DNA from: Candidatus Bathyarchaeota archaeon
GTDB taxonomy: Archaea; Thermoproteota; Bathyarchaeia; Bathyarchaeales; Bathycorpusculaceae
DNA: 64,000 nucleotides
Direction of reading: 5' to 3'
Assembly (NCBI GenBank): GCA_963833575.1
Contig: CAWHXY010000004.1
Location: 800,001 to 864,000 of the forward strand
How positions within the stretch are numbered: position 1 is the stretch's first letter; each line of letters begins with the position of its first letter. The position numbers were made by a program, and so were the translations under genes. The notes under the pieces were generated by a model, which did no database searches, was not told where the DNA came from, and worked only from the letters and a program-made list of their open reading frames with translations. Positions 1 through 9,400 of the stretch are shown in pieces.

Positions 1-90
1 AATATTCACGATACAAGCCATAGTTTCGTGGTGACGCATTTGCATTTGCGTTTTTCTCCTATATTCTGTGCCGGAGCCTCAGCAAACCCT
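1..90 (+). ncRNA. Putative structured RNA element, copy 1 (5' end cut by the window edge)
   Basis: Shares AGCCATAGTTTCGTG, GCATTTGCATTTGC, TTTTCTCCT and CC(G)GAG(C)CTCAGCAAACCCT with the copies at 6142-6253 and 9572-9676; hairpin GACGCA(33-38)/TGCGTT(47-52). Confidence 0.6.
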
Positions 91-189
91 GTAGAAGAGC
101 GCTAAATTGTGGTTGCAGTTGTGCAGTCACAGAGTCTTATAGGCATGCTTTTACAAAATTAAGATCGGTGTTTTATGTTGGAAAAAAGT

Positions 190-462
190 ATGATGAAATA
201 TCAAGTTATGATCAAAACGATTTCGGGAAAAGGCGGCGAGTTCTGGGAGGCGTTCCAAAAGATGCCTACCGATCCAATGAAGGGAGTAATGATAGAATCT
301 TCATGGAGCCTATTCGGATACTGGGATTTCGTCATTTTCTTCAAAGCCGACAGCAATGAAAACAGCCTGCACTTCGTTGGCGAGGTCTTGCGAAAGATAC
401 CTGGCATAGCTGAAACAAGCACTTCACCGATGACTATGCTAAAAGAACACAAAATGATGTAG
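190..462 (+). CDS. Small GYD / Lrp-AsnC ligand-binding-like domain protein (no HTH)
   Basis: About 90 aa with SLFGYWDFV and a KIPGIAETSTS tail typical of AsnC/GYD ferredoxin-like domains; ATG at 190. Confidence 0.55.
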   Translation: MMKYQVMIKTISGKGGEFWEAFQKMPTDPMKGVMIESSWSLFGYWDFVIFFKADSNENSLHFVGEVLRKIPGIAETSTSPMTMLKEHKMM

Positions 463-777
463 ACCCCTTCTGTCTTGTTTCCTTATTCTTTTTCTTTTTC
501 GTTATTCCAAACCCGTTTTTTTAACCGCAATTCAAAAGAAAAAAAATCTAATTCTAATGCTCGCAAGTTTGATCTTAAATCTTTAGACGGAAAATAAATC
601 GCCACCTTTAATCAAATCTAACAAATATGCCTGAAGAATTAAAATACATCAAATATCTGTTTCAAAAAAATGAAAACAGCAAAAAGAAAGTCAGCTTCAG
701 ATACGGTCAAATTAATAATAACTCTCATGTAAAAAATGAGAATTAATTAATCTGAAAGAGATAACTGAGGAAAACAA

Positions 778-1284
778 ATGTTTAGAAATCCGGAAGAAAT
801 GCGGAGACGGCTAAACGAAATAGTGGAAAAGTTTCGCCAAAAAGGAGCTACATCTCCAGAAAGAGCTCTGACCATTCAAGAATTGGGTTTGCCGCCCCGT
901 TTCGAACAAGCCATGCATCGCAGGCTAGGTCAAACGGGAATTATTGTGGAAATAAACAACAAGTATTATCTAAATGAAGATCGGCTAAAACAAATTCAGG
1001 AACAAAGGTCCAATTCAGCCTCTGGTGGCTACGGCGGTGGGAACAGGCAGCAGCCTCCGTCATGGCTACGTTACGCTGGAATTTTGCTTATGTTACCTAT
1101 CGGCCTAATTGTCGTGGTCGTGCTATACTTCCTTTTTGCAAACACTGGAGCAGGATTTTACCAAGGAGAACTTCTAATCATACTTCTGGTTATCTTGTTA
1201 GCCGTGTTTGCTGCTCGAATGCTATTTTGGCGATCACGAAGAAGATATTGGCGTCAATACGGGCAAAACAATTATCCACAATAA
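778..1284 (+). CDS. Hypothetical membrane protein (soluble N-domain, two C-terminal TM helices)
   Basis: 168 aa ORF, GAGG SD upstream, two hydrophobic segments followed by an Arg-rich stretch. Confidence 0.7.
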   Translation: MFRNPEEMRRRLNEIVEKFRQKGATSPERALTIQELGLPPRFEQAMHRRLGQTGIIVEINNKYYLNEDRLKQIQEQRSNSASGGYGGGNRQQPPSWLRYAGILLMLPIGLIVVVVLYFLFANTGAGFYQGELLIILLVILLAVFAARMLFWRSRRRYWRQYGQNNYPQ

Positions 1285-1553
1285 CATTCCCTCTATATTG
1301 AAAATAATCTTTTGTTTCATTCTTTTCAGTAGATTAGGCTCTTAGAAATATTATTTTGTTAGTATTTCAGAGTCAAAAATCAGAAGAAATTTTGTTCTGA
1401 AGGAAAGGACAAAGAAAAACCTCAAAGGCGTGTGGGGGGGCCAAAGAAAGAGTTTTTTTGAAAAGACGAAAAGGTACCAAAAAGTAAGTCCTAAATCTAT
1501 ATATTGGTGTTGTTCAGAATGTTTTGATTAGAACTATAACTATTGGTGAGCAA

Positions 1554-1949
1554 ATGAGTAAACCAGTCGATGTCGGAGAATTACGCGTTGGCGGCTACAT
1601 GATGATTGAAGGCGAACCATGCCGCATAGTCGACATTGCCAAATCTAAACCAGGAAAACACGGATCAGCCAAAGCAAGAATTGTCGCAATCGGCGTCTTT
1701 GATAAACAAAAGAGACAATTCGTAAAACCAGTTGATCTTGGCGCTGAGGTACCTATAATTGATAAAAGGGCAGGACAAGTTTTCGCAGTTAATCCAACAG
1801 GCATTCAAATTATGGACTTGGAAACCTACGAGTACCTAGATGCTCCGTTTCCAGAAGAAGATGAGGTTCCTAAAGCCAAGCTTACTCCAGGCACAGAAAT
1901 TGAGTACTGGAGAATTCTGGGCAGAGTAAAGATCGTTAGAGCAAAATAA
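1554..1949 (+). CDS. eif5a: Translation factor aIF5A
   Basis: Hypusination motif SKPGKHGSAKAR; ATG at 1554 after GGTGA SD. Confidence 0.97.
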   Translation: MSKPVDVGELRVGGYMMIEGEPCRIVDIAKSKPGKHGSAKARIVAIGVFDKQKRQFVKPVDLGAEVPIIDKRAGQVFAVNPTGIQIMDLETYEYLDAPFPEEDEVPKAKLTPGTEIEYWRILGRVKIVRAK

Positions 1950-2190
1950 TAGATTATTTAACTTCCAACTTTTCCCTTATATTGATTATTTTTAACTATA
2001 ATTTAGTGCAAAAAAAGGATTGCGGTGGTGTCTCCATTAGGGGAGAGTTCAAAACCCTCACTGCATCAAATATTAAGCAAACATTATTGACTGAACATAA
2101 TTTGCTTTCACGCAAGAGAAATAGCGGAATTACAATATCGTACTTGCCTGCTTCGGGTGAGGGTTGTCCCCTGTAAACTAGTGAGGCTTG

Positions 2191-2472
2191 TTACAGGTAG
2201 GTAAGTCCCATGCGTTTCATGAAATCAAGGATCTTTTCGTACTCCCGGAGATATTGTTTACCTTTTTCAGTAAGTTTAAGCGACGTTTCATCCTCAATAA
2301 AACCAAGCTCTTTAAGTTCTGTTATGTAGCTTTTTAGCCGATCAAAGGGAACGTTTATTCGCACTTGAATATGCGTTAGAACGACTCTTTCTCTTTCACT
2401 ATCTTGGCTTTTCAGCGCTGACAAAAGATCCCCGTATATCTTCATCTTGTCTCTGCGAGGAATTGTCTTCAT
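2191..2472 (-). CDS. Winged-helix DNA-binding protein (archaeal HTH_45-like)
   Basis: RRDKMKIYGDLL...THIQVRINVPFDRLKSYITELKELGFI...LTEKGKQYL pattern; ATG at 2472 directly after the stop of the membrane gene. Confidence 0.8.
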   Translation of the reverse strand: MKTIPRRDKMKIYGDLLSALKSQDSERERVVLTHIQVRINVPFDRLKSYITELKELGFIEDETSLKLTEKGKQYLREYEKILDFMKRMGLTYL

Positions 2473-2473
2473 T

Positions 2474-3169
2474 TTATCCCCTTTCTTTGTCTGAACTGTA
2501 GAAGGTTCGATAGCTGACAAAAAGAAAGATAGCTAAACCTACAAAAGTAGTAACCAAGGATCCCACAAATGCCGAAAAGCTTGAATCAATATACCAAAAG
2601 AGTAACGTGTATTGACCTATTGCAAGAAAAATAAAACCGAAAGGAATCCAAATCGTGGTTGGATCGAGATTCTTGACATGACTTCGGAGCGTGTAGATTG
2701 AAATATAGGCGAGACAGATTACATTGAAAATCCTCAGGTACACATTAGCTTGCGAGTAACCTTCGAAAGCAAATTGTGGAGCAACAAAAGCAAGTAGAAA
2801 TGAAATGGCGACCGCAATAATTAACAGACTAATAGTTGTCTCTCCTAACAGCTTGCTACTGTTTGATTTCCTGTTTGAAAATAAGTATGTAGTTGCAAGG
2901 AATACAAACGCAAATGTTCTTGTTAGTTGTGGAAGCCACATTAATTTAGGGTCAAACCCTAGCGGGGAGTATGCTAGGGCTGCAAGAGCGTTTGATATTC
3001 CCAGAAAAGCAAATCCGAGCGGTAAACCTAGGTAACTTCCCTCCCTAGTCAGTTTATACGGTTTTGCCATGAACCTTACAATAACAAAACAAAGAATTGT
3101 CGCGACAACCTCTACTATCATCCGCTCTGTGGGATACATGTTAGCAGACATAGTGCTCAACTTATGCAT
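2474..3169 (-). CDS. Multi-pass (~7 TM) membrane protein, possible sensor
   Basis: About seven hydrophobic helices; stop abuts the wHTH start; divergent from the beta-propeller gene. Confidence 0.7.
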   Translation of the reverse strand: MHKLSTMSANMYPTERMIVEVVATILCFVIVRFMAKPYKLTREGSYLGLPLGFAFLGISNALAALAYSPLGFDPKLMWLPQLTRTFAFVFLATTYLFSNRKSNSSKLLGETTISLLIIAVAISFLLAFVAPQFAFEGYSQANVYLRIFNVICLAYISIYTLRSHVKNLDPTTIWIPFGFIFLAIGQYTLLFWYIDSSFSAFVGSLVTTFVGLAIFLFVSYRTFYSSDKERG

Positions 3170-3212
3170 TCTTTCTATAAGATATTTTCTCTTATTTCGA
3201 TAATTAGTCTAA

Positions 3213-3229
3213 AACCAACACGTTTGGTT
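3213..3229. promoter_or_regulatory. Perfect inverted repeat AACCAA-N5-TTGGTT in the divergent promoter region
   Basis: Seen directly between the two divergent starts; function inferred. Confidence 0.35.
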
Positions 3230-3253
3230 GTAATTAAAAAAAGTTTATCATTT

Positions 3254-3292
3254 TTTTGTATTCACGATACGTGAGTGAGTCTTATTAGCTGT
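3254..3292 (+). promoter_or_regulatory. Operator palindrome TCAC-N5-GTGA plus TATA-like CTTATTAG (promoter of beta-propeller gene 1)
   Basis: 34/39 nt identical to 6421-6459 upstream of the paralog. Confidence 0.7.
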
Positions 3293-3333
3293 TCTCGTCA
3301 GTGAAGGGTACTATGAATTTAGGAGAAAAAAAC

Positions 3334-6078
3334 ATGAAAAATTTAAGACTCAAGATATTTTCGATGATGGCTTTGTTTCTAATGCTATCTTTTGTAATTC
3401 CCTTTATGGTTACACCAATGGCTAGCGCACATACACCGGCATACCAAATTCCAACTTATGCTTTCTGTAATGTTGCGCCTAACCCTGCAGGTGTTGGACA
3501 GTCTGTTAACGTTGGCTTCTGGCTCGGTCTACCCCCACCTACGGCAGGAACTATTTACGGTGACAAATGGACTGGCATGACAGTCAAAGTTACCAAACCA
3601 GACAAAAGCACTGAGACCTTAGGACCATTTACATCCGACGACACAGGCGGATCACACACCGAATATACTCCCAGCCAACTGGGCAATTATACATTCCAAA
3701 TGAGCTATCTTGGACAAACATTAACGGGCGCTAATCCCCCACCTACCGGTTATTCTGCCGCAATAGCTGCATTCATCAATGATTCCTATCTACCTAGCAC
3801 CAGCAACATAGCAACTCTAACAGTGCAGCAAGAACCCGTTCCTGCTATTCCTCAAACTCCACTTCCAACAAACTACTGGACCCGCCCAATAGAATCAGTC
3901 AATGATTATTGGTACAGCATTAGCGGAAACTGGCTTGGACTAGGTGTACTATTTAGTGCTAATACTGGAATGTATAACGCAACAGGAAACTACAATCCTT
4001 ACACTACGGCGCCTACAACGGCTCACATCATGTGGACAAAACCTGAGACTTTCGGAGGCTTAATCGGTGGAGAATTCGGTGGGAGCGATACAAGCAATTA
4101 CTACTCAACCAGACAGTATGAGAGAATGTTCCAGCCAATAATTATGAACGGTGTTCTCTATTACGAACAATATCCGGGAAGCTCGAATAATCCCACAGGA
4201 TGGATTGCAGTCAACTTGAAGACAGGACAAACAATTTGGACTAACAATGCCCAAAACTTAGGCGGTGGTTCCCCAGCACAAAGCGCCTTAACTTCAACCG
4301 GCTTAGTTACGTCTCTACGCTGTGGTCAAACACTCAACTATATAACGCCAAACCAATATGGAGCCTTAGCATACCTATGGAGCACAGGAACGCCAATCGG
4401 AATCAATGCTGCAGCAGGAACAACAACATGGAATATGTTTGACGCCGTAACAGGGCAATACATTCTCAGCGTCGTCAACGGCAGTTCAATGGGCAACCTC
4501 CTTGAAGATAATGGAGGAGACTTAATCGGCTACTATACCAACGCTACTGTTGGCACACAAATAGTCAATGGGCAACGTGTCACTAATCCTTCCGGTGGAG
4601 CAATGTTAGAATGCTGGAACTCAACACAATGTATTATTGCTGGAACCAACGGCGCAGCAGCTTGGATGTGGAGACCCACACAAAACGGTCAAATACCCTT
4701 TGGTCTCGGGTTAATGTGGGCGCAACCATTAGCTACTAACATTTCAGGTGTCCCTCTGCCTTATTCTACAATCGCAGCTGTGTCTAGCGCAACTCTTTCA
4801 CTCCCTGCTGGAGCCTACACAACCGGCGGTGCCCAACCGAATAGTGGCGTGCTATTTTTGAGTTCAGTAGCAACAACCGGCGCTTCAAGCTATAACGCGG
4901 GATTCATCATTGAAGCTGGCTACAGTTCTGACACTGGTCAACAACTATGGATAGTTAACAGGACAGAAACACCATATACCAGAGTAGACTTCTCACAAAC
5001 TTCAAACGGCATCTTCGTAGAAATCAACCAGGATACAGCTGCATACACAGGCTACAGCATTATAACAGGTCAACAACTATGGGGACCATTCACACTTCCT
5101 AATGCGAACGCATACAACAGCATCGGCAGCTATTACGGCCAAGTCGCTAACGGCACACTGTATCTGAGCAGTTTTGGAGGAGACATATATAAAATTAATA
5201 TTCAGACAGGAGCGATCATCTGGCAAACAAACACCAACGCACTCTCAGGTCCCGCTGGCTCTGACACTCCCTATGGAGTTTGGCCAATGTGGCAATTCGG
5301 AAACCCAGGAGCAATCGCAGACGGAATGCTATTCCTCGGCGAAGGCCATGAGTACAGCCCACCGCTATTTCGTGGAGCAAACCTCATTGCAGTTAACCTA
5401 ACCACTGGACAGCTCGTATGGGAAGATATGGCTTTTGATGTAGACGGCGGCACAGCGATCTCCGATCAAGTACTGGTGGCTGAAAGCGCATATGACAACC
5501 AAATCTACGCTTATGGCACAGGACCAACTGCTATCACCGTTGATGCACCTAGCGTCGGCGTAACAACATCTACACCTGTAACAATACGCGGAACACTGAC
5601 AGACATATCTGCAGGCTCAAAGCAGGAAGCAGTTGCAGCAAACTTCCCACAAGGCCTTCCATGCGTTTCTGACCAAAGCATGACCCAATGGATGGAATAC
5701 GTCTACCAACAACAACCCATGCCTACTAACGTAACAGGTGTCCCCATCACTCTATCAGTCACAGACTCAAACGGCAACTGCTACAACATAGGTACCACAA
5801 GCACTGATGCAAAGGGCTTCTATAGCTTCAATTGGACACCCACAATCTCAGGCAGCTTCACAGTAACAGCAACCTTCGCTGGAACACAATCATATTATGG
5901 ATCATCAGCAGATACCGCCTTCTACGCAAGCCCCGTAACAACAGCAACTTCTACGCCCGCTCCAGTAACAGCTAACTATGCAACAACAACCGACTTCATG
6001 ATAGGAATAACTGCAATCATTGTAGTAGTCATTGTTTGCGTAGCAATAGCAATAGTGATGCTAAGAAAACGACCATAA
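3334..6078 (+). CDS. Secreted, C-terminally anchored PQQ-like beta-propeller repeat protein (paralog 1)
   Basis: Signal peptide; repeated A[VI][ND]LxTGQxxW blades; Ig-like ends; Thr/Pro linker, TM helix and MLRKRP tail; AGGAG SD before ATG 3334. Confidence 0.85.
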   Translation: MKNLRLKIFSMMALFLMLSFVIPFMVTPMASAHTPAYQIPTYAFCNVAPNPAGVGQSVNVGFWLGLPPPTAGTIYGDKWTGMTVKVTKPDKSTETLGPFTSDDTGGSHTEYTPSQLGNYTFQMSYLGQTLTGANPPPTGYSAAIAAFINDSYLPSTSNIATLTVQQEPVPAIPQTPLPTNYWTRPIESVNDYWYSISGNWLGLGVLFSANTGMYNATGNYNPYTTAPTTAHIMWTKPETFGGLIGGEFGGSDTSNYYSTRQYERMFQPIIMNGVLYYEQYPGSSNNPTGWIAVNLKTGQTIWTNNAQNLGGGSPAQSALTSTGLVTSLRCGQTLNYITPNQYGALAYLWSTGTPIGINAAAGTTTWNMFDAVTGQYILSVVNGSSMGNLLEDNGGDLIGYYTNATVGTQIVNGQRVTNPSGGAMLECWNSTQCIIAGTNGAAAWMWRPTQNGQIPFGLGLMWAQPLATNISGVPLPYSTIAAVSSATLSLPAGAYTTGGAQPNSGVLFLSSVATTGASSYNAGFIIEAGYSSDTGQQLWIVNRTETPYTRVDFSQTSNGIFVEINQDTAAYTGYSIITGQQLWGPFTLPNANAYNSIGSYYGQVANGTLYLSSFGGDIYKINIQTGAIIWQTNTNALSGPAGSDTPYGVWPMWQFGNPGAIADGMLFLGEGHEYSPPLFRGANLIAVNLTTGQLVWEDMAFDVDGGTAISDQVLVAESAYDNQIYAYGTGPTAITVDAPSVGVTTSTPVTIRGTLTDISAGSKQEAVAANFPQGLPCVSDQSMTQWMEYVYQQQPMPTNVTGVPITLSVTDSNGNCYNIGTTSTDAKGFYSFNWTPTISGSFTVTATFAGTQSYYGSSADTAFYASPVTTATSTPAPVTANYATTTDFMIGITAIIVVVIVCVAIAIVMLRKRP

Positions 6079-6104
6079 GATGAACCCAACGAAAACCACT
6101 ATCC

Positions 6105-6119
6105 CTTTCCCTTTTTTAG
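6105..6119 (+). terminator. Pyrimidine/T-rich archaeal terminator
   Basis: CTTTCCCTTTTTTAG about 30 nt after the stop; the same tract follows paralog 2. Confidence 0.5.
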
Positions 6120-6135
6120 TCAAACTTTAGGTAGA

Positions 6136-6204
6136 TTAATAAGGGCTGAGAAGGCTCTGGCTGAAATTCATGAAAATAGCCATAGTTTCGTGATGCATTG
6201 ACAT
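6136..6204 (-). CDS. Candidate 22-aa small ORF MSMHHETMAIFMNFSQSLLSPY antisense to the element
   Basis: AGGAG SD 9 nt before ATG; related ORFs start at 45 and 9634 in the other copies. Confidence 0.3.
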   Translation of the reverse strand: MSMHHETMAIFMNFSQSLLSPY

Positions 6205-6253
6205 TTTTCTTTTCTCCTAAAGAAGAAAATGTGCCAGAGTCTCAGCAAACCCT
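6142..6253 (+). ncRNA. Putative structured RNA element, copy 2
   Basis: Closing stem AGGG-CTGA-[GAA]-GGCTCTGG / CCAGAGTC-TCAG-[CAAA]-CCCT; inner hairpin TCATGAAA/TTTCGTGA; G-U pairs favour the + strand. Confidence 0.65.
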
Positions 6254-6420
6254 GTTCTGTTCTGCGCATTCAAAAATTGATTACTCAGCCACGATTTTGA
6301 ACTTGGAATAATTCAAGTCTTTATAGATTCCAGACCCAATTGTTGCGGATTCATTAAATTTTTCTCAATTGATATTAGCTGTGAGTGTCATTGTTTGTTT
6401 TTTTTTAAATGGACAACTTA

Positions 6421-6459
6421 TTTTGCACTCACGATAGGTGAGGGAGGCTTATTAGCTGT
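6421..6459 (+). promoter_or_regulatory. Operator palindrome CTCAC-N5-GTGAG plus TATA-like CTTATTAG (promoter of beta-propeller gene 2)
   Basis: Near-identical to 3254-3292. Confidence 0.7.
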
Positions 6460-6485
6460 CTCTGCAAGTTGGCTATTTACAAAAT

Positions 6486-9400
6486 ATGGAGAAGAAGAAA
6501 ATGAATTTAAAAACTAAAACTTCAGCTATCGTGATTGCTATATTGATGATAATTTCTATCGGAGCTTCAACATCGCTTATGCCAACTACAAAAGCACATA
6601 CACCATCCTGGCAGATTCCAACATACGCTTACATTGTCGCAGAACCTAGCCCAATAGGTGTCGGTCAAAGAATTCAAATTTACATGTGGCTTGACACAGT
6701 ATATGGAGCAGCCGGCGGAACTACAGCCGCTATAGGCACAAATGCCTCAACAGTTAGCGCAGCATTGCTAGCAAACAGCTACAGATTCCACAACTACAAA
6801 CTTACAATTACGGCTCCAGACGGAACAAACTCAACACAAACTTTCGCAACTGTCCAAGACACGACATCAAACCAATACGCAACATACGTCCCATCCCAAA
6901 CTGGCACTTACACTTTCACATTTAACTATCCAGGCGAACCATACGTTGGTTACGAAAAATCAATACTCGTTAACGATACTTACCTGCCAAGTTCTGCTTC
7001 AACAACAGTCACCGTTCAGCAAACTGCCATACCTCTACCGGTAAATAGCTATCCTCTTCCCGAAGCATACTGGACCCATCCAATCTACGGTGAAAACACC
7101 GACTGGTGGACAATCTCATCAAACTGGTTAGGTTCAGGTAACCCCGTTCCAGCAGGCTACACTAGCTCAACACTGTATCATGGAGACGCAGTAGGACCAC
7201 AAACAGGACACGTAATGTGGACAAAGCCACTTCAATTCGGAGGAGTTGTCGGCGGTAACCAATTTGTCGCAGGCGGTTCAAATCCAAACGGAGCAGTTCC
7301 AGGCGCAGCCTACTTCGACGGTGTTTCGTATCAGCCAAGATTCACAAACCCAATCATAATCAATGGATACCTATTCTACACTGAAGTATCATCATTTACA
7401 GGTCCCACAAGCGGGCCAACCGATGCAGTTGATCTTCGCACAGGGCAAGTTCTTTGGTCCAAGATGATTCCACCACTATCATTTGGCTACATATTCAACC
7501 TCTGGGATCCAGACCAACACGGAGTCTATCCACCAGTATTAGTTGCCCAAATCGGAGGCGGCGTTACCGGTCTGCCTGTTACATGGATGTTGATTGACGC
7601 CTACACAGGCGTAGGTCTCTTCAATGTAACTGATATTCCAGGTTTCGCAGGACAAACAGGCCAAACCGTAGGCGGTCAACCAGCCACAGCTCTTACAACA
7701 TTTACAGCAGCAGGACCAAACGGCGAACCACTAAGATACGTCTTTGAAAACGCAGGCACATCAACAAATCCAAACTGGTACCTTGCTGAATGGAACATGT
7801 CCAAACTCTGGCTATATGACGTCAACCCATACACAGGCGGCGGGAGCCTCTCACCTGACGTTGTCAATGTTACTGTTGGAAACGGCGGAGGAAACCTTGT
7901 TGTTAACATGCCCATCCCACTTGCAGGCGAAACAGGCACTACTCCAACTGGAGGGTCGGTCTTTATCCCATATGGTTCTACAATAACCGTTAACGGCAGC
8001 ACCACAACCGCTCAAGGCAATGCCATATCCTCAGCTAACCCAACAGGCAAGTACGACTGGAACGTTTCGGTGGCTTGGCTAAACACGATGCCTCTGCAAC
8101 CCGCATATAACGTTAACACGGGCGGAATAGTTCCACAAGTTATGCAGGGAAACTGTCCAACATTCCTCGCAGCAGGCGGAGTTAACCCAGTATCAATAGT
8201 AGCAGCTAATACCGGAGACATTATGCTCTGCAGAAACGGCACTCTGCCCACTGGTTACGCAACAACTACCACAGGCTATCCACAACTTCCATACACAATG
8301 TTCGCAGTCAACCTCAATTCTTCTCGCGGAGCGATCGGTTCAATTCTCTGGATGAAGAACTATGATCCACCAGCAGGCAACATCACTTTGCAACAGAGCG
8401 CAGTCGATTACCAGAACCGTGTCTTTATTCTAAGTTACAGAGAGACAATGCAGTGGATAGCTTACAATCTTGACACCGGCGCGTTAATGTGGGGTCCAAC
8501 GGTACCGCAAGCAGCCTTTGACTACTATGGTACACCAGGTGTTCCTACCTTGACAGCTACACTTGCATATGGCAAACTCTATAGCATGTCATTTGCAGGA
8601 ATAATGTACACCTACGACATCATGACAGGAAATCTTCTATGGACATATGGAAATGGTGGTGAAGGTAACTCAACTTTCGCAGGCTTTGCGACACCCTACG
8701 GGGTCTATCCAACTTTCGTACAATCTATTGCCAACGGAATAGTCTACATAGCAACTGATGAACACACAATCCCTGATCCATTGTATAAAGGCTCAACAAC
8801 TGCAGGTATCAATGCTACTACAGGACAAGAAATTTGGACGCTTTCAGACTATCCAGCTGAATGGTCATCCAGCGGCACAGCATACGTTGTTGCGGACGGC
8901 TATGCAACATTCATGAATAGCTACGACAACAACATCTACAGTGTAGGCAGAGGACCAAGTGCAATTACAGTTACAGCACCAAACTTTGGCGTATCTTTTG
9001 GCACACCAGTAATAATACGCGGTACAGTCATGGACAAATCTGCAGGAACAATGCAAACACAGCAAACAGCTGATTTTCCAAACGGTGTTCCAGTTGCTTC
9101 TGATGCTAGTATGAAGGATTGGATGGGTTATGTTTACCAACAGAAGCCGCTTCCAACCAACTTTACCGGCGTTCAGGTAACAATTGACGTTGTAGATTCT
9201 AATGGTAACTACCGAAATATTGGAACTGCAACCACTGATGCTACTGGCATGTATAGTCTTGCATGGACACCTAACATCTCAGGCAACTACAATGTTATCG
9301 CAACTTTCCACGGAACCAACGGTTACTGGCCATCATACGCAGAGAGCACATTTGCCGTAACAAACGCACCATCATCAACTAACGCTCCAACACCAACACC

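Noticed and set aside
33-52. Anticodon-like hairpin suggesting a tRNA-like element
   Set aside because: The loop is 8 nt, differs in copy 2, and there are no D or T arms.
1429-1442. G-run resembling an origin recognition box
   Set aside because: No TTCCAGTGGAAAC-like core, no repeats and no cdc6 gene nearby.
6146-6197. Repeat element as a box C/D sRNA (CTGA, GTGATGC)
   Set aside because: Box order is wrong and the C-like box is not conserved between copies.
7275-7285. GGTTCAAATCC tRNA T-arm-like string
   Set aside because: It lies inside the coding frame (GSNP) with no cloverleaf.
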